DNA of 64,000 bases from Paraphysomonas bandaiensis. Its lineage: Eukaryota; Protista; Chrysophyceae. The notes under the pieces are model-generated. The model worked only from the letters and a program-made list of their open reading frames with translations. It searched no databases and had not been told where the DNA came from. Each line of letters starts with the position of its first letter. Position 1 is the stretch's first letter. Shown here in pieces: positions 23,196-35,133 of the stretch. The translations under genes and the position numbers were made by a program. The stretch lies in NCBI GenBank assembly GCA_965644295.1, contig CBFFRP010000280.1:1-64000 (forward strand), given 5' to 3'.

Positions 23196-24854
23196 ATGAA
23201 TCCAGTATACTCTCAATGGAATAACGAAAACTTACTGGACATATCACGCCAAGTGCATCTTATATGCAAGAGTCTCATAGGGACACATAAAAGGCACACT
23301 ATACTCAGAGAACACGAGACCTCTATCCCCACCCATCTCACGTCATCTTCACTAGTATTCCTCAAAGAATATGGGGGATATAAATATGATCCTGTATCGA
23401 AAGTGTTGTTTCAGATTCTGTCATCTCACTGTACGCAGTATGGTGATATGGGCTGGTTTTGCACTCTCTTATGCACTAGTTTGATCATCAATGGCATTGA
23501 AAGTAATTTACCTCTTCCTGATATTACAGAGGGCTATCGAGCTGCGTTTGCAATTCTTGCTGAGCTGTTAGAAAATAGAGTGTGGCCTCTTGTCCTGCAG
23601 TCAAGATGGTCTGATCGTACTCAACTGACCGCCATTTTGCAATCCGTTATACATACGAAAACTTCACTTGGTCTATGTGAAGATGACTATGTATCTGTAG
23701 CAAACTGCTTGCTAGAAGCGTTTATAGAGTCTCTTGGTGATTGCGACGATGGGTACTCACTCGCTCCTAATATATTGTATTTCGAATGTAAAGGTGAAAG
23801 TCCTCGCTCTATTGCTCATTTGCCGGGTACTGTGTTGCTGAACATTCCCATGCCCCGGGCATTCCCCGAAGAAGGCATGGCTTCTGTGCGTGTAGCTGTA
23901 TTTGAGTCATCTCTGGAGTTGCCTGCACTGTCTGGCATTACAGTAGAGGCGCAATCTCTGACCGTTTCTGCGAAAACTCTTGAATACTCAACCTTGTCCA
24001 ATATGTGTGATGTGATAGTACGATCGGGTGTGCGTCTGGTGTGCTGTCAGAAGCGAATTCATCCCTTTCTTCAAAGGGCTCTTGCCAGAGTTGGTGTGAT
24101 ATGTATACCCAGGGTATCGATTCTGCATATAGGAGCTGTGCTCGCCTTGAGTGGGGCCCGACAGCTTGGCTCTTTCTCTCCCGCTCTCTTGCAGCGAGCA
24201 GATCAGATAAATGGAGTACTAGAGGCAGGTTCACTTGGATACATTAATCGTGTGGGTGTGCGCACTGTAGGGGGTAGGCGTGTGCTAGTTCTAGAAGGCA
24301 ATCCCGATGATGCACCACAGGATGGCAGCATAAGCAGTGAAGCTCTGTCCCGAAGACGTGCAACTAGCACCCTATTGATCCCAGGTTGGACTGATATTCA
24401 CTGTGCCGAAATGCGCCGGGTTTGTGAGAATGTAGTACGACTACTTTCAGGAGAGCTACAGACGGGGACCACGCTGAGTGTTCTTCCAGGGGCGGGGTGC
24501 TGGCAGGCATTCCTCGTGAAAAAGTTACGTGCCCGCCTGGCAGCTGCAGACAAGGACCTCTGGGTGAATGGAGCCCAGTTATTTTGTGATTCTTTGGAAC
24601 ACTGTGCACGAGTAGTAGGAGATGGAGATGGTTTTCAACTTCCTTCCGACGAATGTGGTGCTGCATCGAAAGCTACCTTTGTGTCTCCAGACGGCAGAGT
24701 TGTGGAAGCTGTATTGGGTTCTGAAGGTGAGCCGGATTTAGTAAAGGCAGATGTTTTGGATATATTCGGGCCATGCATAAATGCATTGCGAGTTGCTGTC
24801 GAGGCGGCTGCTTGTGTGCTAGAAATTGATGGGGTTGTTGTCAGCAGCACATAG
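23196..24854 (+). CDS. MKKS: McKusick-Kaufman/BBS6 chaperonin-like protein
   Basis: DPVSKVLFQILSSHCTQYGDMGWFCTLLCTSLI, VCCQKRIHPFLQRAL and VLPGAGCWQAFL match MKKS-type divergent CCT motifs. The canonical GDGTTS motif is absent. Confidence 0.8.
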   Translation: MNPVYSQWNNENLLDISRQVHLICKSLIGTHKRHTILREHETSIPTHLTSSSLVFLKEYGGYKYDPVSKVLFQILSSHCTQYGDMGWFCTLLCTSLIINGIESNLPLPDITEGYRAAFAILAELLENRVWPLVLQSRWSDRTQLTAILQSVIHTKTSLGLCEDDYVSVANCLLEAFIESLGDCDDGYSLAPNILYFECKGESPRSIAHLPGTVLLNIPMPRAFPEEGMASVRVAVFESSLELPALSGITVEAQSLTVSAKTLEYSTLSNMCDVIVRSGVRLVCCQKRIHPFLQRALARVGVICIPRVSILHIGAVLALSGARQLGSFSPALLQRADQINGVLEAGSLGYINRVGVRTVGGRRVLVLEGNPDDAPQDGSISSEALSRRRATSTLLIPGWTDIHCAEMRRVCENVVRLLSGELQTGTTLSVLPGAGCWQAFLVKKLRARLAAADKDLWVNGAQLFCDSLEHCARVVGDGDGFQLPSDECGAASKATFVSPDGRVVEAVLGSEGEPDLVKADVLDIFGPCINALRVAVEAAACVLEIDGVVVSST

Positions 24855-25616
24855 TAAACCCTCCTCCGAGAGCCTCCAACTTGTGGTTTGCGATTACGAC
24901 TCTCGAGTCAATTTTGTAGATCCCATAGTTTTTTTCTGTGGTATATATGTTCAGTATTGTTTTATTTTTTCACTATTAGTGGAATTTGTGTGGGGAAACC
25001 TAGCGTATGTCCTGGCCAGAACGAAGTTTTTAGTACTTGTTATAAATATACTGTGAATAGATGAACATACGTTTGGGAAACTCATTATGGCATAGTATGA
25101 TACATATTCATATTTCGGCACACAATCCTAAAACTGACTAAAAGCAATCAATTGTGAGAAGGTTTAGCTACTAAATAAGATTACAACAAGGATCAATCTC
25201 TTTTGACAGAAGTGATAATAACATATTCTGTAGGCACAGTTGATTGACTTAAAAAGAACTGTAATTCTATACCACGACTGTCGATTATACGCGACTGTGG
25301 AGTAAATTCGTGAATGATATTTAATATTTATGCGTACGAGAATATATGTTAGTCGGTTATTTGCGGAAGGAGACAGGAGACGCATATACAATAAAAATAT
25401 ATATAATTACACACTAATATCCTAACCTTTATCGACATTACAATACTTAATAAGTGCGTATCTTCAGGAGAAAAGGGCATTAAATAGAGCTACTTGGCTA
25501 AGTTGCCACAATACGAGTACACAATGTACACAGACGATCACATCTAGTGTACTACTGCTAAGCGTTTATTTTAACCAGTACAGAGTATTCACTTATTCAA
25601 TAACACGACTCATATA

Positions 25617-26441
25617 TTAATGGATATGCGACAGAAATATATGAAGTAATGAGTATCCAGCACCAAATATAAATCCCTGAACATGAGCTGCGTTGTCCAC
25701 GCCGTTCGACTGCCCATTATACGCCGTATTCCATTCTTGCTGCACAAGCAGAGCAGTACCAATTAAATCCATTGTGCAAAATAACACTCTATCAATGTTA
25801 TGACGTTGGTGGCTCTGCTTTGCTACGGGGGCACCGAATATATTGCGATGTACTATCTCTCCATTCTCCTGCACCCTTCTGCTGCCTGAGTCACGAAGTA
25901 AATAATACAAGTTGCTCAATAGCCCAACAGCACTAATAACTGCACCCGCTCCGAAAAGGCCAAATACAGCCCCGGAGGAACCGCAATGCATAATACCTTG
26001 TCCGGTGAGCTTGCCATATAACTCACTCATAATCTTGACACCCACTGATCGCTTGTTGTCCTGTGCCTCTCTTAAACTAGAAGGAAGCATAGATGCTACC
26101 CCACTCGCAAAAAACACCGTGTAGAATCCTCTCACACCAAGTCGTTTGTATACAGAAAAACCGGAAAAGCAGAGTGCTCTGAGATTCATAAGTAAGTGTT
26201 GATAGCTGCTGTGCACAAACATATACGACAGCCATTTCCATTGCTGGTCTACTTTCACATTTTTATGATCAAGCATAAGTGATCTAACAAAACTCGGATC
26301 AATACACATCTTTGGCGTGATATTCATATATATGAAATCAAATATTTCTTGATAACGACATATCTGTCCTGAAAAATAAGATAGAGGAGGTAGAGCAACA
26401 TGGGCACACACAAGGGGTGATATGGAAACAAGATAATCCAT
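25617..26441 (-). CDS. Rhomboid-family intramembrane serine protease
   Basis: Motifs WKWLSYMFVHSSYQHLLMNL, CGSSGAVFG (catalytic Ser) and DNAAHVQGFIFG (catalytic His). Confidence 0.9.
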   Translation of the reverse strand: MDYLVSISPLVCAHVALPPLSYFSGQICRYQEIFDFIYMNITPKMCIDPSFVRSLMLDHKNVKVDQQWKWLSYMFVHSSYQHLLMNLRALCFSGFSVYKRLGVRGFYTVFFASGVASMLPSSLREAQDNKRSVGVKIMSELYGKLTGQGIMHCGSSGAVFGLFGAGAVISAVGLLSNLYYLLRDSGSRRVQENGEIVHRNIFGAPVAKQSHQRHNIDRVLFCTMDLIGTALLVQQEWNTAYNGQSNGVDNAAHVQGFIFGAGYSLLHIFLSHIH

Positions 26442-26788
26442 AGTATTGTATCTCACGGGTTGTGGAATACTTGTGCCACAGAGGATTATATATAGTGGTG
26501 TGGCTTAAGGTTACATGTACAGTGTGTTCCATACATACACCAACGATAACATTCTATGGCATCTTACTGTTGTATGTTGTATACCACCATACAGTCGTGC
26601 CGTACACATGTTACAAGTACAGATGTACGTGTCGAACATGTATATCTGTGATATCTTCTGGTACCGTATCCTGTATACGGTCGGCTATCCGTATCAGGCT
26701 ACACCATTATATCAAAGCATTCTTGTTCTGAATTCTGCCCATTAATGCCTAGCAACTGAAGCACATACCATCCCATACATATACATCC

Positions 26789-27517
26789 ATGCTATCTAAG
26801 AAATCACATCGGGAAGCAGACGGTAGACTAGATATCCCTGCCTATCCCCCCCCTTGGTCACTGAAAGTATCATCCAGTTGGGTGTTTCCTTATCTATTTA
26901 ATCCCAAGAAACACACTGCACTGTTACGAGGAGATGAGCTGTCTACCCATTACCGTCCTGGTCTTGGTATAGCAATGATTGTATCATATGGTGAGTCTCC
27001 AGCGGGACCCTATGATGAGTTGGTGTTCGCAGTGCCGTACAAGCATGAGTCTGTTAAAGGTGAGATCGTCTCACCGTGCCGCTTGCCGACAATATACGTA
27101 TCCTCAGAAGCAAGCCTGAGAAATGGAAGAGTCAACTGGGGCATCAAAAAGGAACTTGCTGATTTTCAGTGGACAGAGCGCACGGGATTTCTTCATACCA
27201 AAACAAGCCTCTGTGTTAAAGACAGATATTCCCGTGAGACACTATTTGAGGGATCCATGATTACTTTTTCTCTCCCTTGCTTTCCTGCCCCACTCGGTTT
27301 ATTAGGTCGTCTCTGTCCTCTCATTGTGGAACCACGCATTAATGAGGAAGGCGAAAGGGTGGGGCACGATTGGTTGGGAACTAGAATGACTGGGTTTGGT
27401 TGGGCAAGATTGAGCATCGTATTTCTTACTTCTGTGATTGGAAAGTTGTGGCTAAAGTTTGGACTGAATATGAGAGGAACCTTGAATTTTCCAATTCCAG
27501 AAGTTATAAGAGGTTGA
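26789..27517 (+). CDS. Acetoacetate decarboxylase-like (ADC) superfamily protein
   Basis: Motifs YPPPWSL, YGESPAGPYDELV and IYVSSEASLRNGRVNWGIKKELADF. Confidence 0.8.
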   Translation: MLSKKSHREADGRLDIPAYPPPWSLKVSSSWVFPYLFNPKKHTALLRGDELSTHYRPGLGIAMIVSYGESPAGPYDELVFAVPYKHESVKGEIVSPCRLPTIYVSSEASLRNGRVNWGIKKELADFQWTERTGFLHTKTSLCVKDRYSRETLFEGSMITFSLPCFPAPLGLLGRLCPLIVEPRINEEGERVGHDWLGTRMTGFGWARLSIVFLTSVIGKLWLKFGLNMRGTLNFPIPEVIRG

Positions 27518-28064
27518 TTATCGTTGTTGATAGTGTGTTGCAAATAAGGGTGTTAAAATGTCAGCGCTAATACGTGAGATTTATTGTCGTTAATATTGTG
27601 ACCTATTATCTTGTTAATTGTGATTTTAATATATTAATTAGTTTGAGATTAACTGCAAATCGTGACTGAAAATATATCATTATATATTATGGTACAACAC
27701 AGTACAGTATTTCCTATACCTTTATTAAAGTATTTGCAGGTTCAACTCAACAGGAAAGTGCTACTAACCACTACTAACTTTTTCGTACTACGTATTACGT
27801 ATCCAACTGCCTCGCTAAGAGTACTGTTGTCTCATCATTCTTTGCTAGATACATTTCATGAAAGGTGTAGACGATAATAATGTTATTTAATCATATTTAC
27901 TACTACGTTTTAGAATTTTACACACGGAGCGTAAGTGGCTCAACAATTACTGATTAGACTGCAGTCGAAACTTGACAACTGAACAACTTCCCATCATCGA
28001 AAACTAACTGAACTATACCTTGCTTTCTCGCTCTATAACAACATACACATTGTAGCATTGTACA

Positions 28065-30446
28065 CTAATATAGTATCTCAGTGGCAAAGCCAACATTTTC
28101 TGCGAGGTTTAATATCTGTTTCACAACAACATGATTACTTCGATGGCTTGGCATCACATAGAAGATTACCTGATGCGTCCACATGGATGGTACAAACATC
28201 ACGTCTCCTGCTTGCTGGAGTACATGACATATCTCGCTTTCAGCATCTTCGTACGGAAATGCATCCTTTGAATTCTCACCTCCCACATCCATCATATTTC
28301 CCCATTGAAGGGGTGGAATATTAGAGTATAGGTCTCTACCTACAGTACAAAAACTGAGCTTGAGCAGTAACGTTTATTCTATACACACCTGGAGGAAGAA
28401 GCATCCATAACTTTTTCCCATGTCTACGAAACACATTATATAGAACCAAAGAACACCCATAGTTTCACTTACACGAGCGCATTGAAAGCTGGTCCATGAG
28501 AATGAAAAGGAGCCCCAGAGAGGGCAGGACCCATGAAAAATTGACGAATAACTTTTCCCCGTTTTTGCACTTCACTTGGGCGGAGCACATCTTCAGTAGC
28601 CCGAATAAGTTCATCGAGCAAAAAACTGGCTTCATTGCTCTCCCTAACGATTCCCGCACTACTGCTTCCAAAGGGTTCACGCAACACCTCTTCAGCTGTG
28701 CGCTGAGAGGATAAAACCTAGCACACTGCTGAAAATAAGAATACAGATCCCACATCCTACTCACCTTGTTATCAAACACGTACTCCGGAAGAGGCAGTAA
28801 AAATTCTCCGTTAACACCCCCGTACTTGTTGAGCAAAGACCGCGCTGACACTGCAACATAAACAAAGTAAAGTCAGTGATACAACTACTACAAACATTTC
28901 AACGGTAGTACTAGTATGATATGATGACATACCATTGTTATGCACCATCCATTTCTCTGTCTCATCGGTATAAAATCTCATAGAAGATATATATTGCTCC
29001 AGCGTTGCGCTCTCACCACTCTTCTGTGTTTATCATTAACTTCAAAACAAAGTTCCACACAACAACATACATCACTTTGAAGAGAAAGCTGATCCTGATA
29101 AGGGATAGTCTGCGGGGTAACGCGTACTCCACCTGCCTCTGCAATAAGTTTCTCTATCTTCCATGAGTCCTTCCACATTTCCTTTCGGACAGCTCCTCGC
29201 AGTAAAACAGGTTTTCTCCCCAAGACGAAATTAGTCACGAATTCATCTGGAGATATATCCTCGCCCTCCAAAACTTCTACATGACACCTCCCAGTTGATG
29301 TATCGGTAGGAAACATGATATTCAAATCTTTGAATCCCGAGAGCTCTGATAATTTATTGTTGAAGGAGTCTTCTAAAAGATTAACGCTTTGTCGTACGCC
29401 CTTGCTGAAGCCACTAATAGATTGACAAATGTCAGGCCCCTGTGGTGAAGAAGTAGTCGAGAGGTAAGAGGAGTGAATCATGTTGCCAAGTGACGGAAGG
29501 CCCATAGAACAAGCCAAAGCTGCCTCAGGGGGGGAAATTATACCACTCGTTCCATGCGGAATCGGAACGAGAGGAACCCCACTCCGTAACAGCAGAGCCA
29601 CACTGACTTCATCACGGTTAATAACCTAATCAGTACCACATGAGAAGCGTCTAGAGTGCTAAATCTCACACTCACCGCTTGTTGAAGCGATCTTCCCCAT
29701 GGTGCCCCAGCACTTAGTAGTGGCTGGTACAAACGATAAAGCCTGTAATAAAATAAAACATAAGGTTGCAAGATATATTGGTGACCGACGTACATAAGGT
29801 TCACGGCAGATGGGAGCAAACCAAGTCCTTCTCTTCCAATAGATGCTCCCATATCTGACAAAATATCAATATTGTGTAGTCCTAGCGCATACAATTTAAG
29901 ATCGAAGTAGTCGTACCCATCACAATATGGCTTATATCCCCGTCACTGCTTTCGGATCTGCTCTTCATCTGTAGCAGTGCCTGTGCAATGCTGAAGGTTA
30001 TAATCACAAGGGGTACAGATATATAACAAACCATACCGTAATAAGAGTGTACAAGAATTCCTTCGACATGTGCTCAGCGTGGCCACGAGTGATAATTCTA
30101 GTAATATAATATTATTTGGATTCTGTACGGCTCGACATCATATATACTAGATGTAAACAGAGAGCATACCGCATTATAGCGTTATCATTTACCCGAATTG
30201 TTTTTGTTGAAGTACTTGCTTCTGTACATGATACAACCCGCGATGAACTCCCTCCACCGCTTCAAACAAGACACGTGTAAGGTCAATTTTCCGATGTGCT
30301 GATCTTGCCAACACAGACAATATAAACTGAATTTCCGAGCTCACTAACTTGCGCAAAATGATCGAGTTGGACTTGTTGTGAATATCAAAAACCTAAAGCG
30401 AAGTTATCTCTCCAAAGCAACTCATTCTTTTATATATACACATACA

Positions 30447-30482
<36 letters not shown>

Positions 30483-30766
30483 CATGCGCGTATATATATA
30501 GTAACCTGACTATTTCTATTGGATATGGATATAAGTTTATCCACTGGGTCCACAGGACTCCACTTGTTCCGCTTAGAGAGCTCAATGTACTGTTCATATG
30601 ATGGTATGCTGTTCATAGACTCTGTTTGAGACGCTGAGAGAGATACAGTGGAGGTGAATATATTCATATAAGCGGCATAGACTCCTATGGCCACAACCAG
30701 ACCAGCTAGAGCATATGTCCATGTAGGGGAACTGGAACTGATGGTTTGATGCCGTCTACGTGCCAT
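28065..30766 (-). CDS. Multi-exon JmjC (cupin) 2-oxoglutarate oxygenase with an N-terminal membrane anchor
   Basis: Motifs FVTNFVLGRKPVLLRG, FFMGPALSGAPFHSHGPAFNAL, GKKLWMLLPP and QQAGDVMFVPSMWTHQ|ILNL. N-terminal TM segment WTYALAGLVVAIGVYAAYM. Middle exons were not fully resolved. Confidence 0.78.
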
Positions 30767-30946
30767 TCAGATGTAATATGGTGTAATAGTTGATATGAGG
30801 TTTCTTGTTACAACTCAGTGTGCTTATATTATATAGAGTGGTATGTCCATATACCTCTGCTGTTGTTACGATCCTCTCTATGATCTACAGTACCTGCCTG
30901 CTTTATGCACTGTGTAGGTACGAAGTAGATATCCACTCCAGAGTGC

Positions 30947-31383
30947 TGTATGTATGTATGTATGTATGTATGTATGTATGTATGTATGTATGTATGTATG
31001 TATGTATGTATGTATGTATGTATGTATGTATGTATGTATGTATGTATGTATGTATGTATGTATGTATGTATGTATGTATGTATGTATGTATGTATGTATG
31101 TATGTATGTATGTATGTATGTATGTATGTATGTTTGTATGTATGTATGTATGTATGTATGTATGTATGTATGTATGTATGTATGTATGTATGTATGTATG
31201 TATGTATGTATGTATGTATGTATGTATGTATGTATGTATGTATGTATGTATGTATGTGTATGTATGTATGTATGTATGTATGTATGTATGTATGTATGTA
31301 TGTATGTATGTATGTATGTATGTATGTATGTATGTATGTATGTATGTATGTATGTATGTATGTATGTATGTATGTATGTATGT
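30947..31383. repeat. (TATG)n microsatellite, about 108 units
   Basis: Seen directly, with two small interruptions. Confidence 0.98.
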
Positions 31384-31427
31384 TAAGTGTGTGTGTTATT
31401 AACAGCATAGTGAGAATCTACCAAATC

Positions 31428-33551
31428 ATGGCTTCGTCTTCGGATGGTAATCTGAGACAGAAGCTATCCCGATGTATTAACTCTGAAGTATCTTACAAGG
31501 ATAGACGGCAGGCCCTCAAGACAGCGTTTACAGGTATACAGGACAAACAAACTAAACAATCCAGCGACACGAAGTGCCGTCTTGTTAAGAACGGTGCGAT
31601 TGGGGTCCTGATTGATATCCTCAGATGTGATTCTCCTACCGGCCCAAAGCTAGATAAGGGTGTAAACATATGGGACAAGAAGAGCAATGAACATGAATCA
31701 TTTAAACTACAGAGCGATGCTGCGCTATCTCTTCGACGAATGATCGAAGTCGGTGATCGGGAGGTTACTGTAGGTATATCTCGTGTACAACAAGTAGTTG
31801 CAGAAGGAGGTATACAGGCTATTGTGCCACACCTCTATTGTTTGCAGTGTGCGTCGGGTTATGCTTCTGGTGCGCTGCTGGAGTTGGCACAGTATGAGTG
31901 TTATCGCGACGAAATCATTCGCGCAGGTGCCCTTGTACCACTTCGCCAGCTGTTGGAAGCAGATCCAGTTGTTGCTAAAACATCGTATAGGGGCTCCGCG
32001 GAGTGCTTGCATCTTCTCTCATGTACAAGTGTAGACCAATTTGCACAGCTCGGCATTCTTGATGCATGTCTACAAGCTGCCACCGACACAAGATCAGGAG
32101 ACAAAACTGTGCTCGCAGCTGCTCTTTGTGCTGCAAACATCACAGCCGGAAGAGACGATAACTGTCGAGGAATGGAAGAGGTATATCTAAGGACACAGCT
32201 TGGAATTCACATATGCCGCTCTCTCAATGCCTCCCTCACTTCAGGGGCACCATATCTTAAGATGAAGTGGTCTCAAAGTGATATACTGAATTCCATAAGA
32301 CTTGTTGCAGCGAGTGATTTAGGGAGGAGACAGTTGGTGGCCCCTGCTGTCACGGATGCTGTATCGAAACGCCAACTCAATATTGTAGATCTTCTCACGA
32401 TTCTGCTCAGTAAGTTCGTGGCATCATCCTCAGAACAAACTGGAGTTATTTTAGAGATACTTCTGCACTTTGCATTTTGCGATAAATCTGGAAAACTAAT
32501 TCGTCGGAACGGGGAATGTATGGCTATGTTGCAGTCTCTGAGCAGGACAAATAATGTTGATAAGTGCTGCAATGGTGACGATGATGATGGAAGCAGTGAC
32601 CCTGGGGAAAATGATGAAAATGTATCTCCGATTAATGATCCTGACGTGTCTTATCCAGACATGGCTCGGAATATACTATATCTCTTAAAAGGTGATTTAG
32701 ATCACGTTGTTGTTCGCTCTCCGGAGCCCGTTCCAGGAGAATCGATTGTTGTTCCTTCGGCGCCCATGGCCCCCACTACTGCGCTGTCGAGTGATGAGAC
32801 TACACCTGTACAAGATAATTCTGCAATAGACATAAGTAAAGCACCTCACGTGATGATTAGCTACAGTTGGGCGCAGCAACCCATTGTTCTAGAGTTGTGC
32901 AAACATCTTAGGACTTCTGGAGTACCGTACTGGCTGGATGTGGAGCAAATGCATGGCAATATAAATGACCGAATGGCGGAGGCTATCGAGTCATGTTCTG
33001 CTGTAATAGTGGTGATCTCCAATAAGTATAAACTCTCTGCCAATTGTCGAATGGAAGCAGAGTACAGCAATGCGTGCCGTAAGCAAATAATTCCTATTAT
33101 GGCGGAAGAAAATTACGTGGCGGATGGGTGGCTTGGTCTACTAATTAGTGGCAAACTTTACTACGAGATGTTTAATGTGCAATCCCTTGCTATAAATGTA
33201 GATTCCGTATTACAAATATTGAAACCGTTATTGGCCGCGGCATTAACTGCGAAGCAAAGCAGCACTATGACTGTTACAACAAGTGTAAAGCCACTATCAC
33301 TTGCTTCCACAGCAGACGATAGTCCTGGCGATCATCATAGCGTCGAGGAGGTTGCCGTTGCAGATACGTGGCCACGAGCTAAAGAGACTGCGTTAGAGAA
33401 AGTTGGTGATATAGACACGGTTTTGACTCGAATAGAGTCCATTGTGCAATCGAATTTAGTTGCACACCTGAAGCCAGTATTGGATCGTCTAGATCAAATG
33501 AATGAGAGACTTGTGAATGTTGAAAACTACATTAGTTCAAATAGTAAATGA
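31428..33551 (+). CDS. Intronless ARM-repeat plus TIR-domain protein (707 aa) with a C-terminal coiled coil
   Basis: ARM-like segments LVKNGAIGVLIDIL, VVAEGGIQAIVPHL and IIRAGALVPLRQLL. TIR domain HVMISYSW...YWLDVEQMHGNINDRMAEAIESCSAVIVVISNKYKLSANCRMEAEYS. Start MASSSDG at 31428 lies after the microsatellite. Confidence 0.88.
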   Translation: MASSSDGNLRQKLSRCINSEVSYKDRRQALKTAFTGIQDKQTKQSSDTKCRLVKNGAIGVLIDILRCDSPTGPKLDKGVNIWDKKSNEHESFKLQSDAALSLRRMIEVGDREVTVGISRVQQVVAEGGIQAIVPHLYCLQCASGYASGALLELAQYECYRDEIIRAGALVPLRQLLEADPVVAKTSYRGSAECLHLLSCTSVDQFAQLGILDACLQAATDTRSGDKTVLAAALCAANITAGRDDNCRGMEEVYLRTQLGIHICRSLNASLTSGAPYLKMKWSQSDILNSIRLVAASDLGRRQLVAPAVTDAVSKRQLNIVDLLTILLSKFVASSSEQTGVILEILLHFAFCDKSGKLIRRNGECMAMLQSLSRTNNVDKCCNGDDDDGSSDPGENDENVSPINDPDVSYPDMARNILYLLKGDLDHVVVRSPEPVPGESIVVPSAPMAPTTALSSDETTPVQDNSAIDISKAPHVMISYSWAQQPIVLELCKHLRTSGVPYWLDVEQMHGNINDRMAEAIESCSAVIVVISNKYKLSANCRMEAEYSNACRKQIIPIMAEENYVADGWLGLLISGKLYYEMFNVQSLAINVDSVLQILKPLLAAALTAKQSSTMTVTTSVKPLSLASTADDSPGDHHSVEEVAVADTWPRAKETALEKVGDIDTVLTRIESIVQSNLVAHLKPVLDRLDQMNERLVNVENYISSNSK

Positions 33552-35133
33552 GTGTGTCGTTAGGGAGTGTTACAATTTCTACGTATGAAGGCATGTATCA
33601 CAGATCGTTTTGGTACATCATAATCGTTTTGACGTGACTCGGGTTATTTGAGCATAACCAAGAGTGACACTGATATGTTACTCTTCCATATGCACAGGGA
33701 AATTTGGGGAAGAAGTAGCACGATAACCGTTGTACAACGCTTGAGAGCTAACTGTAGTTAATACACATTACTTCTGCCTTCTCTGTTCTACGTACTTCTC
33801 TAATTATTCCCTTTCTAGCTACAAAGATCCGTTTTTCCTTTCTAGCAATTCACATGTATAAACTCATTAACATTCATTTTACTCGCTCTACAAAGTACGC
33901 AAATATACTACCGTAATACTATACGTTATATACGGGTTACCATGACGACTTATCGTAGAGTATTCCTGCCACATATCTGGCCTTAATACACTTATATCAT
34001 CTAACAAGACCTTTAGCTACTTCCTTTCTTTGGTAACAATGTACGTCATTCTTCATTTTCTCCTCTTCTTGCCCTTGTATTTTTTTGGCTCAATAAACCA
34101 CCTTCTCTAACATCACCATCTTGAAAACTCACACTAAAAGTAAAAGTAGATCTCACATCACAATCATCTTTGTAGTACTAAAGGACTTTGCCTATGTTTT
34201 TCGTTATCACACAGAGCCATTTTATTATTTAACAACACTGACCAAAGCACGCACTCATTTGTGCTAGAGTTTAGTGAAGGCCTACAACTGATATTAAAGT
34301 AACACAAAGCTGAAAAGTCAATCTTTTAAGTAATTACATTATAGATCGTATGACAATTGCTCTGGATATATAGGAACAGCGTATTAACTCATTATAATGA
34401 TTACATAAATTAACTTAAAGGAATATTGTATCGAAATTGAAAGAAATTTGATCGCAAATTCAACTGATAACAATAACAGCATGCAACGAAGTATATACAG
34501 TACTTAGTCGTAATATTACGATGAAATGATAGTGAAGATTACAGAATGAGGAATCTACTTAGGAAAAAGAAGCTGCAAACATTCTGTTGAATGTACATTT
34601 TACTTTTCAAATGACTCACACTTTACAACATACGGATAGTTGTTATTAAGAGTCACTAGCTCACGTATACTCTGTCATCACTAGCTAACATATGAATGCA
34701 GCAAAATACAATATCTGAATTATCAAACTATATATAAGATACGTGGCAGTATAAGTATGCTATTATGTGATTGGATCCAATGCTCCATGTACTGGTGTCA
34801 TACGTCATATTCTTCCACTATTAGATTTACTCATATATAGTTTAATAAGAAAGAGTACCTCTCACTAAATATATATCCTAATTTATCATAAACATGCTCG
34901 TTGACTTCAAGCAGTGGGTACGTGATATATATATACACACAATGAAATAATAGTTGACTGAAGAGTTCTGTGACAATCAATATTGATGACTATCGCTGAT
35001 TAGAGTCTTCATGATTAGCATTATAGTCCGCACATATATACATAACGTATTATGAGCTATTATCACTAAATCTATGATATATACAGTATCTTAACAATGT
35101 GATATAAACATATTTCCATAAAATGAGAGACCA

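Noticed and set aside
30805-31427. MYVC/HTYI repeat proteins, including the first 158 aa of the 865-aa ORF (also 60478-61011)
   Set aside because: These are translation artefacts of the stop-free (TATG)n microsatellite.
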